This document shows positions 1 through 10,636 of a DNA stretch of 64,000 nucleotides, piece after piece. Below the pieces are notes generated by a model. The model made no database searches and was not told where the DNA came from. It worked only from the letters and a program-made list of their open reading frames with translations. This DNA comes from a bacterium (GTDB lineage Bacteria; SAR324; NAC60-12). Where the stretch lies: NCBI GenBank assembly GCA_965209155.1, contig OZ242383.1:256001-320000 (forward strand), read 5' to 3'. The position numbers and the translations under genes are program-made. Positions within the stretch are counted from its first letter, which is position 1. Every line of letters starts with the position of its first letter.

Positions 1-35
1 GAGGGAACCAGCAGAGGAGAAGGAACGAGGAGAAT

Positions 36-1097
36 TTAAGAAAGTTTTGAGGGAGAGCCCTCCCAGGGAATTCCTTGAAAAATGGCTTCGAGAGAAGATT
101 CTGTCATCAGTCTCTCAATGAGGATTTCGAGTTCGTCGACCGACAGCGAAGCGAGACGATCTTGATAAGGTTTTGCCGTTTCACCAAATTTCTTTCGGAG
201 TTGTTTATTGAGAATATGCTGCGCTTCTTCTTGACGACCTTTTTCGATTCCTTTCTCGATTCCTTTCTCGATTCCTTTCTCGATTCCCTTTTGTTCTAAT
301 TGTTCGGCGACTGTCATAATGACCTCGTGAGCCTCTTCAAAGCTGAGCAGGGTTTGCACTTGTTGCACCACTTCCTCTTCTTTGAGATGGGAACTGGCTT
401 TAAATAAATAATAGAGTACCTCCTCAAGATACCGCAAACCACTGCCTTCTTCAAATAGTTTTTCAAACAAAGGCCAGATGACCGTGGCTAAAAGATCGGA
501 AAGCTCTGGGGAATCGATATGTTTCATAATCATCAAAAACACTCTCAAAAACAAGGTTCCTTTGATTTGATCATCCCGCATTCCTGATAAATCCACCAGG
601 TGATACTCAAAGGAAGGCACATAGGGTTTGAGGGCCTCGGGAACCTTGAGAAAGTCATGAAAATGCAGGGCGGCGGTCCACTTTTTAGGACCTTGAAAAA
701 GCGTAATTGGAAAAACAATGGGGAGCCCTTCTTTAGGAAATTGCTTCTGGTATTGCTCATAAATCCCCACTAAATAGCTCAAGTAACGATAGCTCATCTT
801 GGCTTCCGGCTCTTTTTGATGCTCGAAATGAATCAAGAAGAAGCCTTTGATTTCCTGGCCCGCGCTTCCTTTAAAACGAGTTTCATAAAGGAGATCACTT
901 TTACGACTCTTCAACGCTTTTTGCACAAAGTCTCCTGGAGCAAGACGTAATTGGGACCAATCCATAATGGCTTGAATGGAATCAGGCAAATATTCTTTAA
1001 AAAAAGCCTCAGCCACCTTTAAATCGCTCCACTGCTGAATAAAAAAATCATTGTGAGGAGTACCTTTTCGTTTGGAGAGCTTTTTCGATTGGGCCAT
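36..1097 (-). CDS. Rpn family (YhgA-like) PD-(D/E)XK recombination-promoting nuclease / putative transposase
   Basis: PHNDFF N-terminus, SDLLY...FEHQ nuclease motif, MTVAEQLEQKG followed by EKGI repeats, DUF4351-like C-terminus. Confidence 0.9.
   Translation of the reverse strand: MAQSKKLSKRKGTPHNDFFIQQWSDLKVAEAFFKEYLPDSIQAIMDWSQLRLAPGDFVQKALKSRKSDLLYETRFKGSAGQEIKGFFLIHFEHQKEPEAKMSYRYLSYLVGIYEQYQKQFPKEGLPIVFPITLFQGPKKWTAALHFHDFLKVPEALKPYVPSFEYHLVDLSGMRDDQIKGTLFLRVFLMIMKHIDSPELSDLLATVIWPLFEKLFEEGSGLRYLEEVLYYLFKASSHLKEEEVVQQVQTLLSFEEAHEVIMTVAEQLEQKGIEKGIEKGIEKGIEKGRQEEAQHILNKQLRKKFGETAKPYQDRLASLSVDELEILIERLMTESSLEAIFQGIPWEGSPSKLS
240..288. repeat. 12-bp tandem repeat (tttctcgattcc, ~4 copies) encoding EKGI repeats of the Rpn protein
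   Basis: Directly visible in sequence. Confidence 0.9.
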
Positions 1098-1412
1098 GGT
1101 CCATGATCCTTTCTTGAGTGGGGAAGCCAGGTTTTATATAGGAAAATCGAAAAATTCAGTTTTTAGGCACGGGCTCTGCCTTTTTTCTGCATTTCAGGGC
1201 TTGCAATCTAATATGGTGAGCCAGCCGTGGGTCAAAGGTTACAACGGGGAAGATGAGCTGGGAGCAATGAACCGTGTGCTCGTCTTAGCCTGCCTCTGGA
1301 TTGACCAGGATCTGAAGTAAGAGATGGGCTTCTAACCGAACCACCTACCCATTCACATTAGTTACCCTCCCACCCACGGTGTGGATGGGCGGGCTTTTTA
1401 TTTGCTTGGTGC

Positions 1413-1901
1413 TCATCTCTCTTGGTCATCGCTCGGCTCAGGCTCTTCTTTGATCGGTTCAAACTTGCCATTCATCGGATTCCAGACCTGTATCCCTTCC
1501 ATTTTTGCAGCTGCGTTTAAATCTTGATTACATGAAATCAGCAATTCCGTTCCGTCTATCAAAGCCGAAGCTAATTGAAAGGCATCACTCCCTTTAATTT
1601 TATGAGGCAACCCGATCTGATACGATTTTTCAATAACAGCAAGAGACGCATTGACAATGTTGAAGAGTTTCCATCTTTACTGAAACCTGCTTACTGCTTC
1701 ATCTCATTTTTGTTGGGTCAACTCTCGATTGCGGTGCATTGCTGACAAAGCTGTGGCAATCTCGGCTTTTGTAATGACAGCCGTAGAAAATATGACATCT
1801 TCTTGATGAACCTTCTCCACAACATATTGTTTGACTTCAGCGGAACCGGTCTCATTGACAAATTCTTTGATCAGGGCAGAGGTATCGAAATAGAGCTTCA
1901 T
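1413..1901 (-). pseudogene. VapC-like PIN-domain toxin, disrupted
   Basis: MKLYFDTSALIK PIN start at 1901, stop at 1704, C-terminal DAFQLASAL...NQDLNAAAKMEG in a separate ORF (1413-1610). Confidence 0.8.
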
Positions 1902-1902
1902 C

Positions 1903-2127
1903 TCAGGGTTTACGATGTTCATAGATAATATCCGAAGCCAATCTTGCCCCCGGTTCAGGATCAACTGCCTTAAATTCTTCAAAGGCCGCTTTATCCCCAA
2001 TTTGAATATACGGACTCATCTGCTCTGCTTGCTCTGCTTCGACAATCATTCGTATCTCAGCATCAGCGGGAAGGTGATGACGTTGGACTTGAGTGGGAAA
2101 CTCCCTAACCGTTGTGGTGAATTCCAT
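1903..2127 (-). CDS. Putative antitoxin upstream of the PIN gene
   Basis: 74 aa, ends 1 nt before the PIN start; ends in the ASDIIYEHR pattern common in VapB-type partners. Confidence 0.6.
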   Translation of the reverse strand: MEFTTTVREFPTQVQRHHLPADAEIRMIVEAEQAEQMSPYIQIGDKAAFEEFKAVDPEPGARLASDIIYEHRKP

Positions 2128-2232
2128 GCTAACCTATTTGAAAATCATTGTGGTGACAAAGGGACTATACCCTATTTTTTCAAATTCTACATAATCCCCG
2201 GCTATTTAGCAAATCTAAGCTTCAAAAAAGGC

Positions 2233-2735
2233 AAGATGGGCATCGCCGCTGGAGCTGGTTTCTTTCACATAGGACCCATTGGGGAACCTCTGGGGGTTCC
2301 TCATCCCCATTCTGATTCTGGGGACGGCCCTCTCGGCCGCCACCATGCGGATGACCCGAAACATGATGCAGGAGGTGCTCCGGCAGTACTGTATCCGCAC
2401 CGTCTGGGCCTAGGGACTCAAGGAACAAACGGTCGTGCCGAGACACGCCATCAAAAATGTCCTCATCCCGGTCATCACGCGTTCAGCTGAGCTTACCGGC
2501 CGCGCTGCGGCCGCCCAGCCTCTCTTCGGCTTGCAGTTGCCGCTCGTGGTCGGGGGCGCTGTCATCATGGAGAATCTCTTTAACCTGCCGGGCTTTGGCC
2601 GTCTCCTGGTGGATGTCCTCTCTGACCGGGATTCCCCGGTGGTCTCCGGGACCAACCTGTTTTTCGCCTGCATCGTTTGTTGAACAACCTCTGCATCGAC
2701 CTGACGTACGTCTTCCTCGATCCGAGGATTCGCTA
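2233..2735 (+). pseudogene. Peptide/nickel ABC permease (DppB-like) 3' fragment with frameshifts
   Basis: RHAIKNVLIPVIT and GGAVIMENLFNLPGFGRLL motifs; N-terminus missing; frames broken. Confidence 0.8.
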
Positions 2736-3555
2736 TGAGTGAGCCGCTCCTGGTCGATCCTGGAGGCACGGAGGGCGTACCCGCAGCCGAGCACCGCCGA
2801 CCCGTTACAAGCTTTTTCCGCCGGCTCCTGAAGGAGCAACCGCTGGGAGCTGTTGGCGGCCTGATCGTCCTGGCGTTGGTATTCATCACCATCTTTGCCG
2901 ACCAACTGGCGCCCTACGAATTCGACCGAGGACGGGTGCAAAACCGGATGAAAGGACCGTCGGTCGAGCACCTGCTCGGCACCGACCACGTTGGCCGGGA
3001 CTTTTTGAGCCGCCTCCTCATTGGCGCGCGCCTCTCGATCACGGTCGGGTTAACGGCGACGGTGATGAACGTCATCGTCGCCCTGCTCGACAGCGGTACG
3101 ACCGGTTTCATCGGTGGGCGGGTGGACATCTATGTGCAGCAGTTCGTCGATGCCTGGATGTCCTTTCCCGGATTACTCCTGCTGCTCACCATCATGTCCA
3201 TTGTGGGACAGGGGTTACTCCAGATCATCCTGGTGCTGGGGACGCAGGTGGGGTGGAAGGCTCCCGCGTCGTGAGGGGCGCGGTGATCGCCATTAAAGAG
3301 AATGATTACTTTCTGGCGGCAAAAGCCCTGGGCAGTCCTTTGCCCACCACTCTGAGGCGGCATGTGCTACCCAATATCATGGCGCCGCTCATCATTGTCT
3401 TCTCGATCAACATTGGCGGGGTCATCTTTGCCGAGGCCTCTCTGCGTATTCCGCTCACTTCGATCATCGATTCCGGTCCACTTCGATCACTGATTCCGGA
3501 TCACTTCGATCACCCTCTCGGAGCGAAGCGACGTTCTCTTTAATTTAGTTTTAAT

Positions 3556-4305
3556 TTATTGTTTAGCATTGGTCAACTTGGATCGTTTTTTTCTGACCGA
3601 CTCTCCTTTCAATTGAAGTTTATAAGCATTGTGCACCACTCTATCGAGGATGGCATCAGCCAGTGTAGGATCACCGATGATCTGATGCCATTTTTCCACA
3701 GGAAGTTGAGCGGTAATAATAGTTGAACCTCGGTTATGGCGATCATCGAGGATTTCCAAAATATCTCGTCTTTCCTGGTCGTTAAAGACTGAGAGCCCCC
3801 AGTCGTCTAAAATAATCAAATCCATTCGCGCCATCTGGTTGATCATTTTCAGATAGGAGCCATCTCCTCTGGCTAAGGCCAACTGGGGTAGCAATCGAGG
3901 GATTCTCAAGTATTTGACTCGAGCTCCCTGCAAACAGGCTTGATGTCCCAGGGCACAGGCAATAAAACTTTTCCCGATGCCGGTTGGTCCGCAGATTAGG
4001 ATATTGAGATGTTCTTTAATCCACTGGCCGCTGTAGAGGGATTGCATCAGAGCAGGATCTAATCCTCGGGGCAGCGTATGGTCAATGTCCTGGATACAGG
4101 CTTGTTGTCGTAAAGCAGCTTGTTTCAGTCTGGATTGCATACGACGGTTTTCTCTTTCACTGGCTTCCCGATCCACTAGCAAGCCCAAGCGTTCCTCAAA
4201 ACTCAATCGCTCATACTGACTGGAGGCCATTTGTTCTTCGAAAGCTTGGGCCATTCCCCAAAACTTCATCGATTTCAATTTTTCAAAAGTAGGGACAGTA
4301 ATCAT
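3556..4305 (-). CDS. istB: IS21 helper ATPase IstB
   Basis: GPTGIGKS Walker A, LIILDDWG Walker B, ADAILDRVVHN; start chosen at the ATG after aaggag. Confidence 0.95.
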   Translation of the reverse strand: MITVPTFEKLKSMKFWGMAQAFEEQMASSQYERLSFEERLGLLVDREASERENRRMQSRLKQAALRQQACIQDIDHTLPRGLDPALMQSLYSGQWIKEHLNILICGPTGIGKSFIACALGHQACLQGARVKYLRIPRLLPQLALARGDGSYLKMINQMARMDLIILDDWGLSVFNDQERRDILEILDDRHNRGSTIITAQLPVEKWHQIIGDPTLADAILDRVVHNAYKLQLKGESVRKKRSKLTNAKQ

Positions 4306-4324
4306 AAACTCCTTTCTGAGGGGC

Positions 4325-5872
4325 TCATTGGTAGTAATGAGCCCCACGGATATTTTCATGTTCCAGTTGCGGGGTGGGTTCTGGCTTGGAAAGGGGATGC
4401 CGATCCAAACCTTTCTTTAAGATCGAATGAACACTGCTATAGCGGAAAGCCCCAATGAGAATAGCCCTCTGAGAAGCCGATTCCACTCGATTGGCCGTGT
4501 AGAGTTTAGAAAGGCGCATAATCCCTAAGCAGGAACGGTATCCCTGCTCAGGATAGCTTCTTTGATCCATGATTCCTGCTACCAGTTTAGCGGTGGCTGG
4601 TCCGATGGTGGCAGCCCAGTCAATCAAGCGAGAAGGCGACCAATGTAGATGTTCTCGATGTCCTTTGGGCATATGTTGCTCCTGAGTGCTATGAAGCCCG
4701 GCACGATCATCACGTTTGTGGGAAGCCACCCGTTTGCCTCGAAAGAAGATTTCCAGCGTTTCGCTGCTATAACGCATTTGAACTTCCTGGTGACAGAGGG
4801 AGTAAGGAACGCTGTTGTAATGCCTCTGCAACTCCACATGATAATCGATATTCACTTTCGCTTTTTTCCACTGAGCAAAACTGTAGCGTTGCTGAGGTAG
4901 GGCTAGTAAAGCCGGTAATTCCAGCGTTTGAAAACAAGACCAGCGCGATCCGGGTAATTTTTTAAAAGGGCGTTGATTCAAGCGTTCTAACAGACGACGG
5001 ATTGCTCGATTCAATTCTTCTAAACTGAAGAAACTGCGATGACGTAAGGCGGCTAAGATCCAACGTTCTACAATTTGTACCGCCACTTCTACCTTGGCTT
5101 TGTCTTTGGGTTTTCGGACCCTGGTGGGGAGAATCACCGTACCATAATGAAGGGCCAATTCGTGGTAAGTGGGATTGATATCCGGTTCATAGAAGCAGGC
5201 TTTTTTCACCCCTGATTTCAAATTATCCGGCACCACCACTTTGGACACTGCTCCAAAAAACTCAAAGGCACGAATGTGAGAAGCGATCCAGTCGGGCAGA
5301 CTTTGAGTCCAGCTCGCTTCGCAATAGGTGTAGTTGCTCGCTCCCAGAACTGCGACAAAAATTTGAGCCGCCTGAAACTTGCCGCTTTCTCGATTGTAGA
5401 TCTTGACGCTTTCTCCCGCATAATCCACAAACAGCTTCTCACCGGCCTTGTGAGTCTGGCGAAGCGATCGATTGAGCGTTTGCTTGAAACGACTGTAATG
5501 TTCGCAGAATTGGGAATATTGATAACCGCTTGGATGAAGATACTTGTATTCTTCCCACAATAAGCGAAGCGTGACACTTTTCTTTTTCAGCTCTTCGTGA
5601 ATTTGTTTAAAATCTGGCATGGGAGCCATTTTATAGCAGATAACCTCACTGTTGAGCCCAAGCGCCTTCATCAATTCTTCATCACTGAATTGAGAGACTT
5701 GTGTGCCTTCAATCTCTCTTTGTTTGGCTAAATTCAAAAATTTGCTCACACTGGCTTGAGACATATGACAACTTTGAGCAATCCGTCGCTGGGACAGTTG
5801 ACAGACTAATCCTAATCTCAAAATTTCTCGTACTTTACGCATCGACAATTCCTTTCCTTGTTTCCGGCTCAT
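4325..5872 (-). CDS. istA: IS21 transposase IstA
   Basis: N-terminal HTH, FVDYAG, VPDNLKSGV, KDKAKVE DDE motifs, HENIRG C-terminus. Confidence 0.95.
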   Translation of the reverse strand: MSRKQGKELSMRKVREILRLGLVCQLSQRRIAQSCHMSQASVSKFLNLAKQREIEGTQVSQFSDEELMKALGLNSEVICYKMAPMPDFKQIHEELKKKSVTLRLLWEEYKYLHPSGYQYSQFCEHYSRFKQTLNRSLRQTHKAGEKLFVDYAGESVKIYNRESGKFQAAQIFVAVLGASNYTYCEASWTQSLPDWIASHIRAFEFFGAVSKVVVPDNLKSGVKKACFYEPDINPTYHELALHYGTVILPTRVRKPKDKAKVEVAVQIVERWILAALRHRSFFSLEELNRAIRRLLERLNQRPFKKLPGSRWSCFQTLELPALLALPQQRYSFAQWKKAKVNIDYHVELQRHYNSVPYSLCHQEVQMRYSSETLEIFFRGKRVASHKRDDRAGLHSTQEQHMPKGHREHLHWSPSRLIDWAATIGPATAKLVAGIMDQRSYPEQGYRSCLGIMRLSKLYTANRVESASQRAILIGAFRYSSVHSILKKGLDRHPLSKPEPTPQLEHENIRGAHYYQ

Positions 5873-6598
5873 AGATCCTCTTGGAAAATAATGAAAATAT
5901 TCTTACTGACAGAGGATCTATATAGCCAATTTTATTGAAATGAAGGAACGGCTTGCTTCGCTGTTGCAACGATCATCCATGATGATCGAAGTGGGCCGGA
6001 ATCAGTGATCGAAGTGGGCCGGAATCAGTGATCGAAGTGGACCGGAATCGGTGATCGAAGTGGGCCGGAATATGCAGCCTCTCTGAGCTTCCTGGGATTC
6101 GGTCTTCCCCCCACCTTTCCATGTTGGGGAGGGATGCTCAGCCGGGAAGGACGTCAATACATGGAGATGGCACCGCGGCTGACCCTGTGCCCAGGGGTTT
6201 TCCTGAAGCTGGTCGTATACTCCCTCAACTTGTTCGGCGATGCGGTGAGGGACCTGCTCGACCCCCGGCTGCAGGGCAGTGAGGGTAGTTACGCCACTGC
6301 GGGGATGAAAAGCAAACGAGGCTTCCTGGCCAGATTGATCTCCCCTTTCAACTGGTAAGCACGTAGAACACTCCACCCTTCCACTGTAGCGCCTTAAAAC
6401 TGGATGTTGTGTTTCTTCAAACAATTTTTTATAAAATAGTCTTATTGCTTCTTAGTTTAAAATGCCGGTAAAAATGGCAGACGAATATCGAGCGACTAGC
6501 GTCATGACGCTTAAAACCAGCAATTAACTTTCATCCCTTGCATGATCCTATCAACGAATCCGAAGGTGGCCCCACTGAGAGGTTGTCCTGCAGGACTC

Positions 6599-6946
6599 CT
6601 ATAAGGCATCTTGATATATGCATGCATCCAAGATACTCAAAACTTCTTCTAAGATTTGAGTTGGAGCTTTTTCAGCAAACTTGAGTTTACGACTGTGATA
6701 ATCAATGGATTTAACTTGTTCTACCATAATGTAACCCGTTAATGATGAGTCATTTGGTACTGGAACATGGAAAGGAATATTGCGATGAGATTTCGTGATT
6801 GGACAGACGATAGTAAGACCTGTTGCCTTGTTAAACACTTCATTGCTAACAACTATCGCAGGACGCCGTCCCTTTTGTTCATGCCCTGATTGTGGATCGA
6901 ACGTTATTATTACAAAGTCTCCCTTTTGTGGAACATATCGAGGCAT
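6599..6946 (-). CDS. mazF: PemK/MazF family endoribonuclease toxin
   Basis: FDPQSGHEQKGRRPAIVVSN motif. Confidence 0.92.
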   Translation of the reverse strand: MPRYVPQKGDFVIITFDPQSGHEQKGRRPAIVVSNEVFNKATGLTIVCPITKSHRNIPFHVPVPNDSSLTGYIMVEQVKSIDYHSRKLKFAEKAPTQILEEVLSILDACIYQDAL

Positions 6947-7195
6947 TTACCATACCTCCTGCCCAATGGGCTCTCCCCAGTCTTCTTCTTGTGGTTTGTA
7001 ATCCTTTGGCATCTTTGCAACCAACTCTTTGATATCATACCTTCCATGTACTTTATTGATAGATTCAATGATTATTTTCCCCTCTTGAACAGATATATCC
7101 ACTTCTTCTCCAACTTTGATTCGAGAATCATGAAGAAGGCTTTTAGGAATTCTAATCCCCTGACTATTTCCCCATTGCTGAACTTTAGATAACAT
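6947..7195 (-). CDS. mazE: AbrB/MazE family antitoxin
   Basis: KVQQWGNSQGIRIPK N-terminus, DWGEPIGQEVW C-terminus; RBS aaggag upstream of the ATG at 7195. Confidence 0.9.
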   Translation of the reverse strand: MLSKVQQWGNSQGIRIPKSLLHDSRIKVGEEVDISVQEGKIIIESINKVHGRYDIKELVAKMPKDYKPQEEDWGEPIGQEVW

Positions 7196-7227
7196 TGTCC
7201 ATTCTCCTTTCTGCTCTACAAATATTA

Positions 7228-7248
7228 TGTATATCCTTAATATATACA
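7228..7248. promoter_or_regulatory. Inverted repeat tgtatat-N7-atataca, probable MazEF operator
   Basis: Perfect 7-bp inverted repeat just upstream of mazE; autoregulation is typical of MazEF. Confidence 0.5.
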
Positions 7249-7379
7249 AGCAACTCGAGGTTGCAAGCATTTTTTATCAAGTGTATTTTTCTTGTTAGCT
7301 AATGCCGAGGTGAGCGGCGCCCAGGACCCCGAGATGGACCGCTTGATGGCAGTGACGCAAATGAGGAGCGTGATGGGAA

Positions 7380-8006
7380 CTATAATAAATGAAATTCTTT
7401 GAGCACGTTTGCCAGAGGTGGGTCGGTGGCGGCCAATTTGCGTAAGGCAGCGATCAAATCTTGCAGACGATTGTCTTTTTTGATCTCTTGCACCGCTTGG
7501 GTTACAGCTCGGTCAATGATCGCTTCTTCTTTAGGAGCGGCCTCCCGCTCCAGCGTTTCCAGGGTCTCTTGTTTTGCTTTGCGAATTATTGTGCGTCGGT
7601 CCCAATAAGCAAATCCGATGACACCCAGGGTCAGGACCGTAAAAATGCCAGCAATCAGTTGCAAGGTACTCATCATCTGTTCAAAGCGCATATCTACCTG
7701 TTCAAAGCGCTTATCTATTTGTTCAAATCGCTTATCTATTTGTTCAAATCGCTTGTTCATGTCTTCCCGTAATTCGACAATGCGCTTATCCACTTGTTCG
7801 AAGCGCTTATCCACTTGTTCGAAGCGTTGATCGGTGACTTCCATAAAAAGCGTTAAGGTGGTTTCCAGCCGAATGATACGCTCTCGATCTTCTTGCGTAA
7901 ATCCGAACGATTCTTGCCCGTATACCGCCACATGGCTCAGCAACCAGCTTATTCCTCCAATCAACGCAATGAACCAAAATCTTCTCATAACCTCCTTTTT
8001 CCTCAA
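7380..8006 (-). CDS. Signal-peptide / coiled-coil / TM protein with RFEQ(I/V)DK heptads, paralog A
   Basis: Hydrophobic N-terminus, heptad repeats, TM segment LQLIAGIFTVLTLGVIGFAYWDRR; true start may be the MRRFWF codon. Confidence 0.75.
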   Translation of the reverse strand: MRKKEVMRRFWFIALIGGISWLLSHVAVYGQESFGFTQEDRERIIRLETTLTLFMEVTDQRFEQVDKRFEQVDKRIVELREDMNKRFEQIDKRFEQIDKRFEQVDMRFEQMMSTLQLIAGIFTVLTLGVIGFAYWDRRTIIRKAKQETLETLEREAAPKEEAIIDRAVTQAVQEIKKDNRLQDLIAALRKLAATDPPLANVLKEFHLL

Positions 8007-8401
8007 ACTGGAATAACTGCTTGCAGTTTACCACTGTTCTTCCTTTCCTGCAACTGCCCGGCAAAAGTTGAAACTTGATCGCTTTGAATTTTAAAAAATC
8101 GTTTTTATCTGCCGAAATGATTGTTGGAGTTTGATCTTTCTTCGCATCCGGCAAGATGTTCAAACGGGCAAACCGCTCTATTTTAAAGGCTACCCTACTT
8201 TTTTTTCATTTATTGCTTGACATGTCCGGGGGGGGGGTAGACTGCACTTTCTTTCACCCAATGGAGGGTGAAACAGGGCCGCAAATCCAAGCGGTTTCCT
8301 GAGCACGCAAAAGCCCTTGTTTCAAGGGATCACCTTTGTCAAATAAGGAGGAAAGATGACGAAGACAAAATGCAAATGTGGAAAATACCTGAATAGTTAC
8401 G

Positions 8402-8986
8402 CTATAATAAATGAAATTCTTTGAGTACGTTTGCCAGAGGTGGGTCGGTGGCGGCCAATTTGCGTAAGGCAGCGATCAAGTCTTGCAGACGATTGTCTTT
8501 TTTGATCTCTTGCACCGCTTGGGTTACAGCTCGGTCAATGATCGCTTCTTCTTTAGGAGCGGCCTCCCGCTCCAGCGTTTCCAGGGTCTCGTGTTTTGCT
8601 TGGCGAATAATAGTGCGTCGATCCCAATAAGCAAAGCCGATCACTCCCAGGGTCAGGACCGTAAAAATACCGGCAATCAGTTGCAAAGTATTCATCATCT
8701 GTTCAAAGCGCTTATCTATTTGTTCAAAGCGCTTATCTATTTGTTCAAAGCGCTTGTTCATGTCTTCCCGTAATTCGACAATGCGCTTATCCACTTGTTC
8801 AAAGCGTTGATCGGTGACTTCCATAAAAAGCGTTAAGGTGGTTTCCAGCCGAATGATACGCTCTCGATCTTCCTGGGTAAATCCAAGTGTTTGTTGCCCA
8901 TAAACCGCCCCATGGCACAGCAACCAGCTTGCTCCTCCAATCAACGCAATGAACCAAAATCTTCTCATAACCTTATTTTTCCTCAA
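8402..8986 (-). CDS. Coiled-coil membrane protein, paralog B (two heptads shorter than paralog A)
   Basis: Near-identical to 7380-8006, including upstream sequence. Confidence 0.75.
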   Translation of the reverse strand: MRKNKVMRRFWFIALIGGASWLLCHGAVYGQQTLGFTQEDRERIIRLETTLTLFMEVTDQRFEQVDKRIVELREDMNKRFEQIDKRFEQIDKRFEQMMNTLQLIAGIFTVLTLGVIGFAYWDRRTIIRQAKHETLETLEREAAPKEEAIIDRAVTQAVQEIKKDNRLQDLIAALRKLAATDPPLANVLKEFHLL

Positions 8987-9480
8987 ACTGGAATAAACGC
9001 TTGCAGTTTACCACCGTTCTTTCTTTCCTGCAACGGCCCGGCAAATGAGGATAGGCGAGAAGCTATCTGGTTTTTGAAACGGATCTTCACTTCGGTGATT
9101 TCTGAGCAATGCCTTGATAATAGTGGGCTAGAGCTTATTTTTTGACAAAAATTGTAGTCACTAAAAAGTGCAATTTTGGGAAGATTTTCGTTGAATACGA
9201 CTCAATTTCGGGTTAGAGTGTTTCCAAAATCGTTTGTTCTTTCAAAGAGTTATGTAGACACTAAGAATTTTTTAAAATTTATAGTAAAATCAGTCGGTTA
9301 GGTCTATACTCTGGGGTGAAGATCCGTTGAAAAAGAAAGAGGGAGTTTGACAAGGAGCATTCCATTCTACAGAATAAGGTTGGACAATTGCTCTGAAAAG
9401 CGTAAATTAAATCACTGTTATTTTTATAGATAGGGACAAGGAGTTTGAAGAGTTCCTGATTCGAATGAATACTCCCCGGT

Positions 9481-9792
9481 ATGCTCAGCATTCCATGGTT
9501 CAGCCTGGAGGTTTCCCACAAGGAGATGAATAAAGGCTTTGCCGATATTTTCCTGGAACCCTTTCTGGCCAAATATCCCGATCTGCCCTGCCTCTACCTG
9601 ATTGAACTGAAGTATCTCAAACGCGGAGCCCTCAGTGACTCCCTCCTGCAACAAACCATAGAGGAGGCCCGGGGGCAACTGGCTCACTACCTGCAGGATG
9701 AGCTCCTCCAAAACCAATACGCCTCCCTGCAAACCATCGGCCTGATCCTGGTATTTCACGGCTGGGAACTGATCTATTGTGAGACAGGCTAA
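9481..9792 (+). pseudogene. C-terminal fragment of an AAA-ATPase-like / PD-(D/E)XK protein
   Basis: EMNKGFADIFL...LIELKYLK...EARGQLAHY nuclease-like tail with no upstream body. Confidence 0.6.
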
Positions 9793-9976
9793 TCGCATCC
9801 TGACGAAGGACAGGCGGAGATCGGGCCGGAGAGCTTACAAAGATTAAAAAATTTCTCCAAATCTTTACCGCCAGTGGCCCTGTCGACTACAATGGCCAGT
9901 ATTACAAGCTCGACCAAGCCCCACTCTCCCCAGGGTCTTATCATTGGAAAAGCGAAATATAGAAAAGGTTTGTATT

Positions 9977-10636
9977 TCATACAAAATCGATCAGCCCGGC
10001 CCTGATGGCTTTAGCAACTGCTTGCGAACGCGAGTGGACGTCCATCTTGAGATAGATGTTTCTGATATGGGTGCGGCTGGTATGTTCCGATATATAGAGA
10101 GATGAAGCGATTTCCTTGTCACTGTATCCCTGGGCCAGGCATTCCAGGATTTCCAATTCGCGTTTGGTCAGGGACAAGTCCTCATCCGCTATACGGACCG
10201 CTCGCTTATTCTTAATGGATAAAAAAACTTTTTTCACGATTTTATAATCCATAATCTCCCGGTCATTCGCCACATCCCGGATGGCAGCGATCAGGTCGGC
10301 TCTTTCCACGTCTTTTAATAAGAATCCATGGGCTCCAGCATGAATCGATTGTTCCACATATTTCGGATCATCATAACTGGTAAGAATAATGACCTTTACT
10401 TCCGGGAATGCCTTTTTGATATTTTTCGTTGCTTCAAAACCGTTCATTCCCGACATTTTTATATCCATTAACACCAAATCGGGAGGTTCTCCCTGTTTGA
10501 TCATATCCAGGCATTCATCGCCGTCTTTGGCAAAATTGATGACAGTGAATGATTTCTCAAAACTGAGCATCTGTTTCAGCCCTTCGCCAATCATTGGTTG
10601 ATCATCAACAATCAGTATTTTAACTGCTGGAACCAT
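9977..10636 (-). CDS. NarL/FixJ family response regulator
   Basis: IVDD, DLVLMDIKM receiver domain; LTKRELEIL LuxR-type HTH. Confidence 0.95.
   Translation of the reverse strand: MVPAVKILIVDDQPMIGEGLKQMLSFEKSFTVINFAKDGDECLDMIKQGEPPDLVLMDIKMSGMNGFEATKNIKKAFPEVKVIILTSYDDPKYVEQSIHAGAHGFLLKDVERADLIAAIRDVANDREIMDYKIVKKVFLSIKNKRAVRIADEDLSLTKRELEILECLAQGYSDKEIASSLYISEHTSRTHIRNIYLKMDVHSRSQAVAKAIRAGLIDFV

Larger units (their letters stand above)
3443..6076 (-). mobile_element. IS21 family insertion sequence, copy 1 (2634 bp)
   Basis: TG...CA ends, multiple 22-bp subterminal repeats (gatcgaagtgggccggaatcagt-type), 7-bp target duplication gcctctc at 3436-3442 and 6077-6083, istAB. Confidence 0.95.
2735..6358 (+). 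pseudogene. Peptide ABC permease (DppC-like), frameshifted near 3247 and interrupted by IS21
   Basis: HLLGTDHVGRD and RHVLPNIMAP motifs; AEASL|SFLGFG split by the IS at 3443-6076; GDAVRDLLDPR after the IS. Confidence 0.9.

Noticed and set aside
5983..6076. 22-bp tandem repeats as a CRISPR or novel array (also 3443-3512, 52967-53060, 55531-55600)
   Set aside because: No spacers; these are the normal subterminal transposase-binding repeats of IS21
7292..7380. attC-like start (gttagctaatgccgaggtgagcggcgc) beside mazEF, suggesting an integron
   Set aside because: No matching complementary arm found, no similar sites at the other TA modules, and no tyrosine integrase in the window
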